DNA of 64,000 nucleotides from an uncultured delta proteobacterium (GCA_963847445.1 CAWJZV010000041.1:32001-96000), one strand, 5' to 3'; positions 43,784 through 53,667 are shown, counted from the stretch's first letter. Program-made: numbers and translations. The notes: generated from the sequence alone by a model not told the origin.

Positions 43784-44566
43784 ATGAAAAGTATCGCTAG
43801 TAAGTATTTTATCGGGGCAGGTGTTAGCGCAGCATTGCTGATCGGCCAGGGGTGTTTGGCGACTCGCGATTGGGTTCGTGAGAATGTCAACGATCCGCTG
43901 TCTGGGCGAATCACCAAGAACGATGGACGTTTGGATGGCCATGATAGTCAGATCGGCAGTCTCGGCACCCGTATGACCGGTGTCGAAGGCAAGCTTGGGC
44001 AATTCGAAGGCCGTCTCGGCCAAGTCGAAGGCCGGGTCGGTCAGGTCGATGCCAAAGCCGACAAAGCGCTCAGCGCTATCGCCAATCTACGCTTGGAGCG
44101 CAAGATCGTCATCGATATGAAAGATGGCGCGAACTTCGCGTTCAACTCGGCCAGTTTGCCGCCGCAAGCGCAGCGTGAGATCGACGGTTTTCTGAGCGAT
44201 CTCAAAGGCGATGTCGCCGGTGCGGACGGGACGGTTTTCCTGGTTGCCGGGCACACCGACAACGTGGGTAATGAAGAGTACAATTATGAGCTCGGCAAGA
44301 AGCGTGCGGATGCGGTAAGCCGTTACCTGATCACCAAGAAGAGCATGGACCCGATGAAGGTGATCCCGGTTTCTTACGGCCAGAGCGCTCCGGTAGCTGA
44401 GAATAACAACAATCAAGGCAGATCTAAAAACCGCCGGGTTGAAATCCTAGTTTACCGCGAAGGCATCACCTCGCAGGCGGCCGCAGCTCCGGCGCCGCAG
44501 CAGCCAGCCGCGCCGCGCTCGTCGCAGACGACCCAGCCGGACGGTGAGAGAGTCACACAGCGCTAG
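43784..44566 (+). CDS. OmpA-family lipoprotein with heptad coiled-coil stalk
   Basis: RBS AGGAGG; lipobox GQGC; GQFEGRL/GQVEGRV heptads; AGHTDNVG..YNYELG.KRA, NRRVEI. Confidence 0.9.
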   Translation: MKSIASKYFIGAGVSAALLIGQGCLATRDWVRENVNDPLSGRITKNDGRLDGHDSQIGSLGTRMTGVEGKLGQFEGRLGQVEGRVGQVDAKADKALSAIANLRLERKIVIDMKDGANFAFNSASLPPQAQREIDGFLSDLKGDVAGADGTVFLVAGHTDNVGNEEYNYELGKKRADAVSRYLITKKSMDPMKVIPVSYGQSAPVAENNNNQGRSKNRRVEILVYREGITSQAAAAPAPQQPAAPRSSQTTQPDGERVTQR

Positions 44567-44594
44567 TTTCTTTGTAAGAGTAACGGGGGCAGCG

Positions 44595-44628
44595 AAAAAA
44601 GGCGGAGTCATCGACTCCGCCTTTTTTT
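44595..44628. terminator. bidirectional intrinsic terminator
   Basis: AAAAAA-GGCGGAGTC-atc-GACTCCGCC-TTTTTTT between convergent genes. Confidence 0.92.
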
Positions 44629-44872
44629 ATGGGTGCGAGATTTAACCGGGGATTCCCCAGTTGAAATTGGGCCTGCGAGCGAGGCGCAACCCTTTGGTTG
44701 CGAAGACAATGACGACTGGCGCTAAGTGGGTGGCGATCAATGGTGCAATGCGAAATCGCTGCGCGACCGGTGTATCGACTTGGCCAATTGGGAATATGAC
44801 TTTAAAGGCGCACTCCTCGGTGGCTTCGCAACTCGCTGGCGCTTTGACGCCGTGGAACTGCGATATCCGGGT

Positions 44873-45809
44873 TTAACTATACAATTTGTCGATGTAACCG
44901 CTGTCGTCCAACTCGCGCACGAAGTGGGTATTCCATAGCGCCAGCGGATTATAGGCGGCGATCTCGGGATTGCGGCGCACGGCGAGCTGAAAGACGTTGG
45001 CAATGCCTTCGAGGGACGGATAGGGCTTTTTCTCCAAAGATTGCGCCCATTCGTCGTAAAGCGTTTCGACTTCCTGGTCGGTTTGCGAGCTTGAGGATCG
45101 GCGTCGCGTGTTCCTTAAGAATCTCCAAGGTCTCCGGCTTGCGGGTGATGAAAAAGTGGATGGCGTCGACCAACCCCCGGGTCAGTAGACGAATCTCCTC
45201 GGCATGACTTTTCACGAAGCTGGAGGTGGTGGTCAGCGTGACGCCGCGGATCATCGGGATCGCCCGCACGGTGATTACATGGGCGCCGGCTTTGGCGGCG
45301 CGGCTGTCATGGGGGATGGTAACGAAGGTGGCGTCGTAGTCGCCGCTGAGGACGCTTTTCCAGCGGTCTTCTGAAGAGCCGCGTAACTCGCACAGCTCGA
45401 TATCGCCGCGGTCGACATCCAAACCTTCCTGCTTCAAAAACAGCCAGATGTTGAGACCGGCGTGGGAGTTGAGCTTGTCGGCGACGATTTTTTTGCCTCT
45501 GAGCTCCTGCACCGAGCGAATTTCCGGCCTGACGATAAGTTTGTTTTCCGTCCAATTATTCGTCGGCTGCGCCAGGTGGACGAAGTCTTCGCCATTTTTG
45601 GCGTTGCGCACATACAAATTATGATGATTGCCGGAGATCAGGTCGACGGTGCCGTTTTTGAGCGACTCGACGGCTTTTTCGCGAACCAGCTGCGGTGAAG
45701 TGTCGACTTCAAGGCCATTTTTTTGCCAGGATCCCGATTTGTCGGCGACCAACCAAAGCGGCGCGTGGGAATTGGAACGGTAAATGACCCGGAGTTTTTT
45801 ATTTGCCAT
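44873..45809 (-). CDS. NMT1/THI5-like solute-binding-fold protein without signal peptide (frameshift)
   Basis: PLWLVADKSGSWQKNGLEV, ELRGKKI, FLKQEGLD...ELDDSGYIDKLYS*. Confidence 0.8.
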
Positions 45810-45884
45810 GGGAACTTCCTCTCAAATGTAAATCGCTGCTATCGCGGTCATAGCACTACTTAGAACTTTATTGCCAGCGCCGGT

Positions 45885-46358
45885 TTAGCGCTGCAGCCGC
45901 AGACCGAGCCACAAAGTAATGGCGGCGAAAAGCAGGATGCACCAGTTGGCGCTGGTCATGCGGGTGATGACGGAGCGCAGTTGCTCGGGGGTGACTGCGT
46001 CGCCGCCTTCGGTCCGCCTGACGAAACGATGGCCGATGCCGAGGGCTTGGTAGACGCTGAACATGACCATCAGAAAGGCGAACAGCAATTTGATGCCAAG
46101 TTTGTAGGCGAGATACTCGATGAACGTCTCGCGGTAAGCAGCTTTCAGTTCGGTGAGCTGAAACGCCCCGGTGAATAAAATGATGCCCAGGGAACCGACC
46201 TGGAGGGGATTGTAAAACTTCAGGCCGCGGACGAAATAACGCACCCGCTCCTCATGCTTCTCCAACACCCCGACCGCGGGTAGCAGCATGAGCCAAAAAC
46301 CGACGACCGCGCCCAGGTAGACCACCAGGGCGATCAAATGGAGCCAGGAGTAGAACAT
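45885..46358 (-). CDS. 4-TM CopD-like membrane protein
   Basis: WLHLIALVVYLG, TG, LGIKLL; four hydrophobic segments. Confidence 0.7.
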   Translation of the reverse strand: MFYSWLHLIALVVYLGAVVGFWLMLLPAVGVLEKHEERVRYFVRGLKFYNPLQVGSLGIILFTGAFQLTELKAAYRETFIEYLAYKLGIKLLFAFLMVMFSVYQALGIGHRFVRRTEGGDAVTPEQLRSVITRMTSANWCILLFAAITLWLGLRLQR

Positions 46359-46370
46359 CGGGCGGTGGGA

Positions 46371-47187
46371 TCACCCCCAACTAAAACGCGAGCCCTTCTT
46401 GTAGGGTTTGCCGGCGGCGTCATAGGTGTCGCCGATGGTGTCCAGCTGTGCGCGGATGCGCTCGCGCTCGCGCTGCTGGTGGCTCTCGAAGGCGCTGGCG
46501 TCCTTGGCGCGCCGTTCGACGAATTGCGCCAGCTCACGCTCGCGCCGTTCGACGAATTCGCGTTGCTCATTTTCCCATTGGTCGTAGGAGTCTTTGAGCA
46601 GCGTGCGGATATGATAGTTCAAGTTGTCACGGACTACGGTGGACTTGTGGCAGTGGGGGCAAAAGATCACGTTGCCGATGGTGAAGTTCTTGACATTTTG
46701 TTCAGTGACGCCGTTGCACTTGTAGCAGCGCAGCGGAATGTTCCAGGAATCGATGGGCGGCAGTTCGACATAATTCACATCGGCTTCGGCGAATGCCGAT
46801 ACCGCCCCAGCCTCGGCCGGCGCGGCAAGCGCGTTCGCGTTGGCTGGCGTGCCGGGCGTTTGAGCCGCATCGGCCGTCGCCGCCGCTGATTTCCCTTGAC
46901 CCTTGCGAAAGCGCGACTCGAAACTGTCGCCAAAGTTGGTTTCCGGATGGAGTCTCGCGTGCTCTTTGGATCAAAGCTTCTTCGGATTCAACATTGTTCG
47001 GATCGGTGATGCAGACATCCACCGGGCAGACCGCTGCACAGGCCTCGTAATCGTGAAACCCGACGCATTCGGTGCAAAGCTTCGGATCGATGACGAAAAT
47101 CGGGTCGCCTTGAGTAATCGCATTGTTGGGACACTCGGGCTCGCAAGCGCCGCAGTTGATACAGTCGTTGGCGATCATCGTTGCCAT
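46371..47187 (-). CDS. YfhL-type 2x[4Fe-4S] ferredoxin fused to a zinc ribbon and coiled coil (one frameshift)
   Basis: CINCGACEPECP and CTECVGF...CAAVCP; after a shift at ~46953 the frame is open through LHPETNF..SRFRK, an Ala-rich linker, CYKC...CPHC. Confidence 0.78.
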
Positions 47188-47511
47188 GAACTTCTCACCT
47201 CCAAAATAACTAGCGCGGAATTGCCATCGGCGTGAAACTCGCCATATCCTAGATGAAATGAATTGGCGTTGCAAATCTTTGAATTCCCTGTGACCCGAAT
47301 GTCACAAGCGTTTTCTCCATCGGCCATGGGGCGGCAAAGTTGTGAGCTCGTGCGACGGCGAGTGAAGTGCGACTTTACGCTAGCTGCGGCTACTTCTAAA
47401 TTGGCGATCTCAAGGATCGCACTGCGTCGATAGCGCCCAAGAAAATGTCGCAGACAAGATGGGGCGGCGCCACCCTCTTGGCGCGTCGGTTCTGGTGGGC
47501 TATGATGCCGC

Positions 47512-48537
47512 ATGATGATTTCCCGACCATTTTACCTCCATCGGATTTTTTCGATGGGTTTCGCAGTTGCACTAGTTGTTTTTACCGCCAACGTTTCTCC
47601 GGGCGCCGATAGTCCGAAGAAACTGCGCTTGGCCTACGCCGGGTGGGAGGTCGGCACGGCGGTGGCCTACATCGGCGTCGACGCCGGTTTGTTCAAACAG
47701 CATGGGTTGGAAGTCGACGAGCTGCCGATTCGCGACACGCTGAGCGCCGGCGTGCAGTCGCTGTTAGGCGTCGATTTGCTGATCGGTTTCGGCAATCCGC
47801 TCGCTGTGCTGCAGCCGGTGGCCAGCGGCGGGGATATCACGGTGATCGGCTCCCATGTCAGTTTCGATCAGTACGGCATGGGCGTGGCGACATCCATCGA
47901 CGCAATTAAAGATTTGAAGGGTAAGAAGGTCGGGGTCTCGGCGCTCGGCGCGCGCTCGGATCTAATCGCCCGAGTCATGTTGCGGCGCGCCGGACTGGAT
48001 CCCGCCAAGGATGTTGAGATGGTGGCGGCCGGCCTGGCGCCGCAACGGGCGCTGGCGTTATCGAAGAATCTCGTGCAGGGAGTGCCGCTGCGGGAGGATA
48101 TCGCCGCGGAAGCGAAGAAAGCCGGCATCAAGATTGTCGAAGTGAAAACCGTTCCAGTGGTCACTGATTTGTTGATGACCACACGCTCGTTCATCAAGCG
48201 CGATGAAGAGACCATCCGCCGTTTCATGAAGGGCTACGCCGCGGCGATCCACCATTTCCTCTCCAAGCGTAGCGAGAGCTTGGCGATCCTGAAAAAATAC
48301 TTTCCCGGCACTCAGGGGATCTCTGTCGACAGCATGTATGACGCCTACTCGGCGCAACTACGGCCGCTGCCCGAGCTTAACAACGAATCGATCCAAGCCC
48401 TGGTCGATGTCAGCGCCGTCGCGGACCAACGCGCCGGCAAGCTCAAACCCAGCGATATCGTCGAGCCGCGCTTTTTCGACGAGCTCAAGAACAGCAAGTT
48501 TTTGAAGGATCTCTACGTCGAGAAGGTCAGCCTCTGA
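47512..48537 (+). CDS. NMT1/THI5-like ABC substrate-binding protein
   Basis: Signal peptide; GLFKQHGLEV, DLKGKKVGVS, GLDPAKDV. Confidence 0.88.
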   Translation: MMISRPFYLHRIFSMGFAVALVVFTANVSPGADSPKKLRLAYAGWEVGTAVAYIGVDAGLFKQHGLEVDELPIRDTLSAGVQSLLGVDLLIGFGNPLAVLQPVASGGDITVIGSHVSFDQYGMGVATSIDAIKDLKGKKVGVSALGARSDLIARVMLRRAGLDPAKDVEMVAAGLAPQRALALSKNLVQGVPLREDIAAEAKKAGIKIVEVKTVPVVTDLLMTTRSFIKRDEETIRRFMKGYAAAIHHFLSKRSESLAILKKYFPGTQGISVDSMYDAYSAQLRPLPELNNESIQALVDVSAVADQRAGKLKPSDIVEPRFFDELKNSKFLKDLYVEKVSL

Positions 48538-48584
48538 TCGTCCGCTGTTAGACTTCACACAGAGAACTTTAATCGAGGATTGTC

Positions 48585-48615
48585 GCTGGAAGATCGCCGA
48601 TGGCGATCTTCCAGC
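48585..48615. terminator. hairpin after the solute-binding protein gene
   Basis: Perfect 14-bp inverted repeat GCTGGAAGATCGCC/GGCGATCTTCCAGC; no U-tract. Confidence 0.45.
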
Positions 48616-48728
48616 CGCGCATCCTTGCTTCGGTGGGCGTGCGCCTATCGGTTCCTCAGCGCGCCGAACTGGAACTTTCACCGGCCTTTTGATATGCAGC
48701 AGACAACAAAATTTAACCGGAGGAACTC

Positions 48729-49475
48729 ATGAGACTCAAAGATCAGGTGGCGATCGTTACCGGAGCGGGGCGTAATATTGGCGAGGATGTTTGTAAACTG
48801 TTCGTCGCGGAAGGCGCCAAGGTTGCCGTCGTCGATTTGGATCCGGGGCGCGGCAGCAACGTCGCCAATGAAATCAACGCGAAAAATCCTGGCAAAGCTA
48901 TTTCGGTGGTTTGCGATGTCGCCAACGCTGCGTCGGTCAACAGCATGGTCGAGACCGTGGTTAAGGCCTTTGGCGGCGTCGATATCCTGGTCAACAACGC
49001 GGCTTGGACCGATCACAAGACGCTCTTCGATATCACCGAGGAAGAATGGGATCGGACGATGAATGTGTGCATGCGCAGCGTGTGGTACTGCACCCGCGCG
49101 ACGGCCAAAGTGATGATCGAGCAGAAGCGCAAAGGGCGGATCGTCAACATCGCCTCGACTTCGGGTCACTGGGGGCGCAAGGAAGCGACGGCTTATACCA
49201 CGGCCAAGGCGGGCGTGTTGAACCTGACCCGTTCCATCGCCGTGCAGTTGGCGCCGGAAGGCATTCGCGTCAATTCCGTCTCGCCGAACCGCATCGGCTC
49301 TCCGGTGGGTCAACAAGACGTGCCGGAAAATCGTTTCGTGAAAAATTTGGCCGGCCGGCGCGGCGTGCCGATGGATATCGCCAAGGCGGTGGTGTTCATG
49401 GTCTCCGATGAGTCGGAGTTTATCTATGCGATCGATCTGCCGGTCGACGGCGGCGCGTTGGCGATCCGGGATTAG
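48729..49475 (+). CDS. short-chain dehydrogenase/reductase
   Basis: TGAGRNIG, LVNNA, IVNIAS, YTTAK. Confidence 0.95.
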   Translation: MRLKDQVAIVTGAGRNIGEDVCKLFVAEGAKVAVVDLDPGRGSNVANEINAKNPGKAISVVCDVANAASVNSMVETVVKAFGGVDILVNNAAWTDHKTLFDITEEEWDRTMNVCMRSVWYCTRATAKVMIEQKRKGRIVNIASTSGHWGRKEATAYTTAKAGVLNLTRSIAVQLAPEGIRVNSVSPNRIGSPVGQQDVPENRFVKNLAGRRGVPMDIAKAVVFMVSDESEFIYAIDLPVDGGALAIRD

Positions 49476-49495
49476 TCTTCGTTCGATACGTCATG

Positions 49496-49534
49496 AAAGG
49501 CGGTGAAGCGATCATGGCTTCACCGCCTTTTTTT
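49496..49534 (+). terminator. intrinsic terminator
   Basis: AAAGGCGGTGAAGC/GCTTCACCGCCTTT plus T tract. Confidence 0.9.
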
Positions 49535-49555
49535 GCTCTCGGACTCGGAAAGACT

Positions 49556-49673
49556 CACCGCAGAGGCGCTGCAGAGGTCACAGAGAGAAGATTCGGAATC
49601 GGATGATTTAACCGCAAAGGACGCAAAGAACGCATTTCCGAACGTACGGGGCGGGTTTGAAACCCGCCCTCGT
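49556..49673. repeat. intergenic mosaic: CGCAGAG/CGCAAAG 9-mer arrays plus REP-like palindrome
   Basis: ACCGCAGAGGCG.., ACCGCAAAGGACGCAAAGAACGCA, GTACGGGGCGGGTTTGAAACCCGCCCTC. Confidence 0.75.
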
Positions 49674-49740
49674 CTTGTCTCCGCGTTGACAGTCTTTCGC
49701 TGGATCGGATAACTTCGCCGACGAAGAGGAACCACCATGA

Positions 49741-50774
49741 GTGAAACCGCAATCCAACGCAGCGGTTCAGCCCGACGCGACTTTGAAGTCGACGCCCGAG
49801 ACGGTTCTGTGGGGCTATATCGCGGCCAATTTGCCGCCGGCATTGACCGTGAAGTCGGGACAGATCGTCGAGATCGAGGCGCTGTCGCACCAGGGGCTGA
49901 CCACCAGCAAGGATCCCGAGAAGTTTTTTGCCGGCTATGGGATTCCCGGCAACGAAGTTCTCGCCGATGCCAAGCAGGTTTACGCCGAGGTGAAGCGGCC
50001 TAAAGGCGCGAGTGTGCATGTTCTCACCGGGCCGATCTATGTCGACGGGCGCCGAGCCGGGCGATTGTTTGGAGATCCGCGTGCACGACATCAAGTTCCG
50101 CGTGCCCTACGGCGTCAACAATACCGGTCCCGGTAAAGGCGTGCTGCCCAAGCTGCTCAAAGAGGCCACGGCGAAACTGATCCGCATCGATCTCGAACGG
50201 CGCGTGGCGCTGTTCTCCGACGATATTCAGATACCGCTCAATCCGTTCATGGGCATCATGGCGGTGTCGCCGCCGACGAGTTTGGGGCTGGTTTCATCGA
50301 CGCCGCCGGGCGCCTGGGGCGGCAACATCGATTTGAAATACACCGGCATCGGTTCGTCGTTATTTCTTCCCGTGTTCAACAAGGGCGGGCAGTTTTTCAC
50401 CGGCGACGGCCATGCGGTGCAAGGCGACGGCGAGGTGGACGGCGGCGCCATCGAGATCTCGCTCAAGCCGACCCTGCAATTCATCGTTCACAAAGGCAAG
50501 ACGATCAAGCAGCCGCGGGTGGAAACCGCGACGGATTATCTCACCACCGGGCTCGATGTCGACTTAAACGTCGCCACCAGAATCGCCGTGCAGGAAGCGG
50601 TGGATTTCCTCCAGGAGGAAAAAGGCATGAGCGCGGCGGACGCTTACGCGCTGTCGAGTCTTGCCGTGGATTTAGGCAATTGGCGAAGCGGTCGACATGG
50701 TGAATCTGGTCTATGCCAAGATTCCCAAGAATATTTTTAAGAGCAATGCGGAGTTCTGGCATAAGCCGGCGTAG
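49741..50774 (+). CDS. acetamidase/formamidase family protein (frameshifts)
   Basis: HVLTGPIYV.GAEPGD, PFMGIM, GGNID, LPVF..GG.F.TGDGHAVQGDGEV. Confidence 0.9.
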
Positions 50775-50779
50775 CCGGC

Positions 50780-50814
50780 GTTCAAGGTTCAATGTTCAAG
50801 TGTTCAACGTTGAA
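50780..50814 (+). repeat. GTTCAA 7-8-mer tandem array
   Basis: GTTCAAG GTTCAAT GTTCAAGT GTTCAAC GTTGAA. Confidence 0.75.
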
Positions 50815-50902
50815 TCCGAATCCGGTTTCAAATCTAACCCGTTGTCTTGAACGATCACCGAGTTGGCGGGTAGATAACATTAGCCCACTGAAGGAGAATC
50901 CC

Positions 50903-51994
50903 ATGGATATCGCGCCGCTCAATCAAAAAACCGGTTACGTGCGCTGGATGAAGAGCCAGGGGCTGCCGATTCATACCGGCCATGGCATGGCCGATCTACG
51001 CGCACTCGAAGTTACGCCCTATGCGCGCATGGGCGGCAAGGCCGCGTTCATTCAACTGCACGGCATGCAGGGGATCACCGGCGGCTACATCGGCGAGATC
51101 CCGCCGGGCGATGCGCTGAAACCGGAGCGGCATCTCTATGAAGAGGTGATCTGCATTCTCAACGGCCAGGGCGCCACCGAGCTATGGGACGATCATGGCA
51201 ACAAAAAAATGTTCGAGTGGAACAAGTGGAGCCTGTTCGCGCCACCGATGAACACGAACCATCGGTTGGTCAACGGCTCGCGCGAACCGGTGCGCTTCCT
51301 CGCCGTGACCAATGCGCCGTTGGCGTTCGACATTTATCGCGATGAAAATTTCGTTTTTAATTGCCCCTACAGTTTCAAAGACCGCTATTACGGCGAAGAA
51401 GATTATTTCGAAGTCGGCAAGAAGCGTTACGTCAGCGGCTTGATCAATATCTGGGAGACCAATTTTATTCCCGACATCAATGCCGCGATGTTGGAAAGCC
51501 TCGAAGTCAAAGGCGCCGGTCTGCGCTTGGCGCAGTTCGAGATGGCCGGCAACGCGCTGGTCGGCCATCTGGGCGAGTGGCCGGTGGGCAAATATCACAA
51601 AGCGCACCACCATGGTCCAGGCGCGATCATCGTCGGCACCAAGTCGGTCGGCAACGTGCTTCTCTGGCACAAGCAATGGGGCATGCACCCGTACACCGAC
51701 GGCCATGAAGACAAGGTGATCGATATCAACTGGGGTGAAGGGAGCATTTATTGCCCGCCCGGCGACTGGTTCCACCAGCACTTCAACACCGGCAAAGAGC
51801 CGGCGCGCCACTTGGCCGTGCGCTACGGCAGCCGCATTCATCCGTTGGGTTTCAAAGTCTCGCACCAGAAAACCGACGACGATGTTTTCCGCAGCGTCGA
51901 CGAAGGCGGCTGGATGATCACCTACGAGAACGAAGACCCGGAGATTCCCAAGCGCTATCAGGCGGCGCTCAAGGCGAATGGGGTTGTTTCCTAA
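50903..51994 (+). CDS. bicupin protein
   Basis: ERHLYEEVICILNGQG...PMNTNH; KAHHHGPG...PGDWFHQHFN; RBS AAGGAG. Confidence 0.85.
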   Translation: MDIAPLNQKTGYVRWMKSQGLPIHTGHGMADLRALEVTPYARMGGKAAFIQLHGMQGITGGYIGEIPPGDALKPERHLYEEVICILNGQGATELWDDHGNKKMFEWNKWSLFAPPMNTNHRLVNGSREPVRFLAVTNAPLAFDIYRDENFVFNCPYSFKDRYYGEEDYFEVGKKRYVSGLINIWETNFIPDINAAMLESLEVKGAGLRLAQFEMAGNALVGHLGEWPVGKYHKAHHHGPGAIIVGTKSVGNVLLWHKQWGMHPYTDGHEDKVIDINWGEGSIYCPPGDWFHQHFNTGKEPARHLAVRYGSRIHPLGFKVSHQKTDDDVFRSVDEGGWMITYENEDPEIPKRYQAALKANGVVS

Positions 51995-51999
51995 AATTT

Positions 52000-52059
52000 G
52001 TTCAAGGGTTCAAGGTTCAAAAGTTCAAGGTTCCGGCCCGTTTCGGCTGAACTTTGAGC
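52000..52059 (+). repeat. GTTCAA 7-8-mer tandem array with partial inverted copy
   Basis: GTTCAAGG GTTCAAG GTTCAAAA GTTCAAG GTTCC...TGAACTTTGAGC. Confidence 0.75.
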
Positions 52060-52149
52060 TATTACAATTGTGTTTGCAGGGACTCATGACGTTCCTCGAT
52101 GGCTTAGAACGCGTCGTAGACGCTGCTGTCGGCTGTGCGGCGCTGCGAC

Positions 52150-52357
52150 ATTAGTGACGCCAGCACCGAGAGCAATAAATCCCGCAATCACCCCGAGCGA
52201 TGCGCCGATCGGATTTTGTAGACATCGACGAGCATCATTTTGACCCCAACAACCGAGCACGACGGAAAGGCCGACTTTCATATAGACGAACATTTCCATC
52301 ACGCCCGCGAGCATGAAATGGAGCGCGCGCAAACCGAGAATGGTGAACACGTTTGCG
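52150..52357 (-). pseudogene. C-terminal fragment of a TerC/Alx-family membrane protein
   Basis: ANVFTILGLRALHFMLAGVMEMFVYMKVGLSVVL..VGVKMML...PIGASLGVIA; no N-terminal part. Confidence 0.75.
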
Positions 52358-52359
52358 CG

Positions 52360-53637
52360 CTAATTCTCCGCTTCCCAGTATTTGTCTTTCTTCAACTGCT
52401 CGACGACATAGGTCTTGGGGTCTCGGCTCGCGGGGATTGTTGTGGCGATGCAGGCGACGTGGCGGACGTCGGTTTGCGCGGTGGTGCGAATGATATGCGG
52501 CGGCTCCTTGCCGCTCGCGACGGCGCGGGCGGCGTTCAGCAGGAATTTGCGCACGGCGATGACGGTCATGTCGCTGACGCCCAAGTGTTCTTGGGAGCGG
52601 TCGTAGATCGGTCCCATGGTTTCGGTGGCGCAGGCGTCGTGGTTTAAAAAGATCGGCCCCATGCCGGTGAAGTTTTCTCGCCGCTGCTTTTCGCGGTCGA
52701 TGAGATAGTCGTTTTGCAGGTTGCGAATTTTAATAAAGTCGGGACCGATCTCCTCGTCGTGTTGTCTTTCTTCCGGCTCGATGGGCCGGTTGCGGCGGAA
52801 GTGGATGTTGTAGCGCATGCTGTGGGTGTCATCGACCGGCACATGGGAGTGGATCGTGTAGCCTTCGGGGTTTCCTTTGATGCCGCCGGTGGGGATGAAG
52901 CCGTGGCAGGGCATGACGATATTCGACACGCGCAGGTAAACCTTGTCGGCGGCGATTTTGCGGCATGACAACATGCGCACGCCGTAGTCCATCTCGATGC
53001 CTTCGAGAGTCGGCGCGGTGTCGGCGGCGTAAAGATCGCCGTCGCCGCCGCCGCGCGGCCGGTCGCCGGTGAAAGATCGGTGTAAGAACGACAGGTGCGA
53101 CGAGTCGCATTCGCCTTCGAGGCCTTGGAGCCAACTACAGTCTTGCATCGACCGGGTGACGTAGAGATTTTCCGGCGCCATGGTCATCCACTCGTAGTTG
53201 GGCAAGAGCGGCTGCTTGTCCGGCGCGCCCATGTAGGTCCAGATCATGCCGCCGGCTTCTCTGCACGGGTAGGCGACCTGGCGCACTTTGTCTTTGAGCG
53301 TGCTGCCGGCGGGCTCCGCCGGGGTGTCGAGCACCTTGCCGTCGATGTCGTATTTCCAACCATGGTAGATGCAGCGCAGGCCGCACTCTTCGTTCCTGCC
53401 AAAAAACAGCGACGTGCCGCGGTGGGCGCAGTGCTCTTCGAGCAGGCCGACTCGGCCTTGAGTATCGCGAAAGGCGACCAGATCTTCGCCGAGCAAGCGC
53501 ACGCGCACGGGCGGGCAGTCGGGCTCAGGGATTTCTGCAGCGAGCAGCGCCGGGATCCAGTAGCGGCGCATCAGTTGGCCCATCGGCTTGTCCGGGCTCA
53601 CGAGCGTGAGCATGTCGTTTTCTTCGCGTGGCAGCAT
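52360..53637 (-). CDS. Rieske non-heme iron oxygenase alpha subunit (phthalate 4,5-dioxygenase-like)
   Basis: CAHRG...CIYHGW Rieske motif; EGECDSSHLSFLH iron site. Confidence 0.93.
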   Translation of the reverse strand: MLPREENDMLTLVSPDKPMGQLMRRYWIPALLAAEIPEPDCPPVRVRLLGEDLVAFRDTQGRVGLLEEHCAHRGTSLFFGRNEECGLRCIYHGWKYDIDGKVLDTPAEPAGSTLKDKVRQVAYPCREAGGMIWTYMGAPDKQPLLPNYEWMTMAPENLYVTRSMQDCSWLQGLEGECDSSHLSFLHRSFTGDRPRGGGDGDLYAADTAPTLEGIEMDYGVRMLSCRKIAADKVYLRVSNIVMPCHGFIPTGGIKGNPEGYTIHSHVPVDDTHSMRYNIHFRRNRPIEPEERQHDEEIGPDFIKIRNLQNDYLIDREKQRRENFTGMGPIFLNHDACATETMGPIYDRSQEHLGVSDMTVIAVRKFLLNAARAVASGKEPPHIIRTTAQTDVRHVACIATTIPASRDPKTYVVEQLKKDKYWEAEN

Positions 53638-53667
53638 GGCTTGGTCCTCTTGAGTGCTGAAAGTCGA

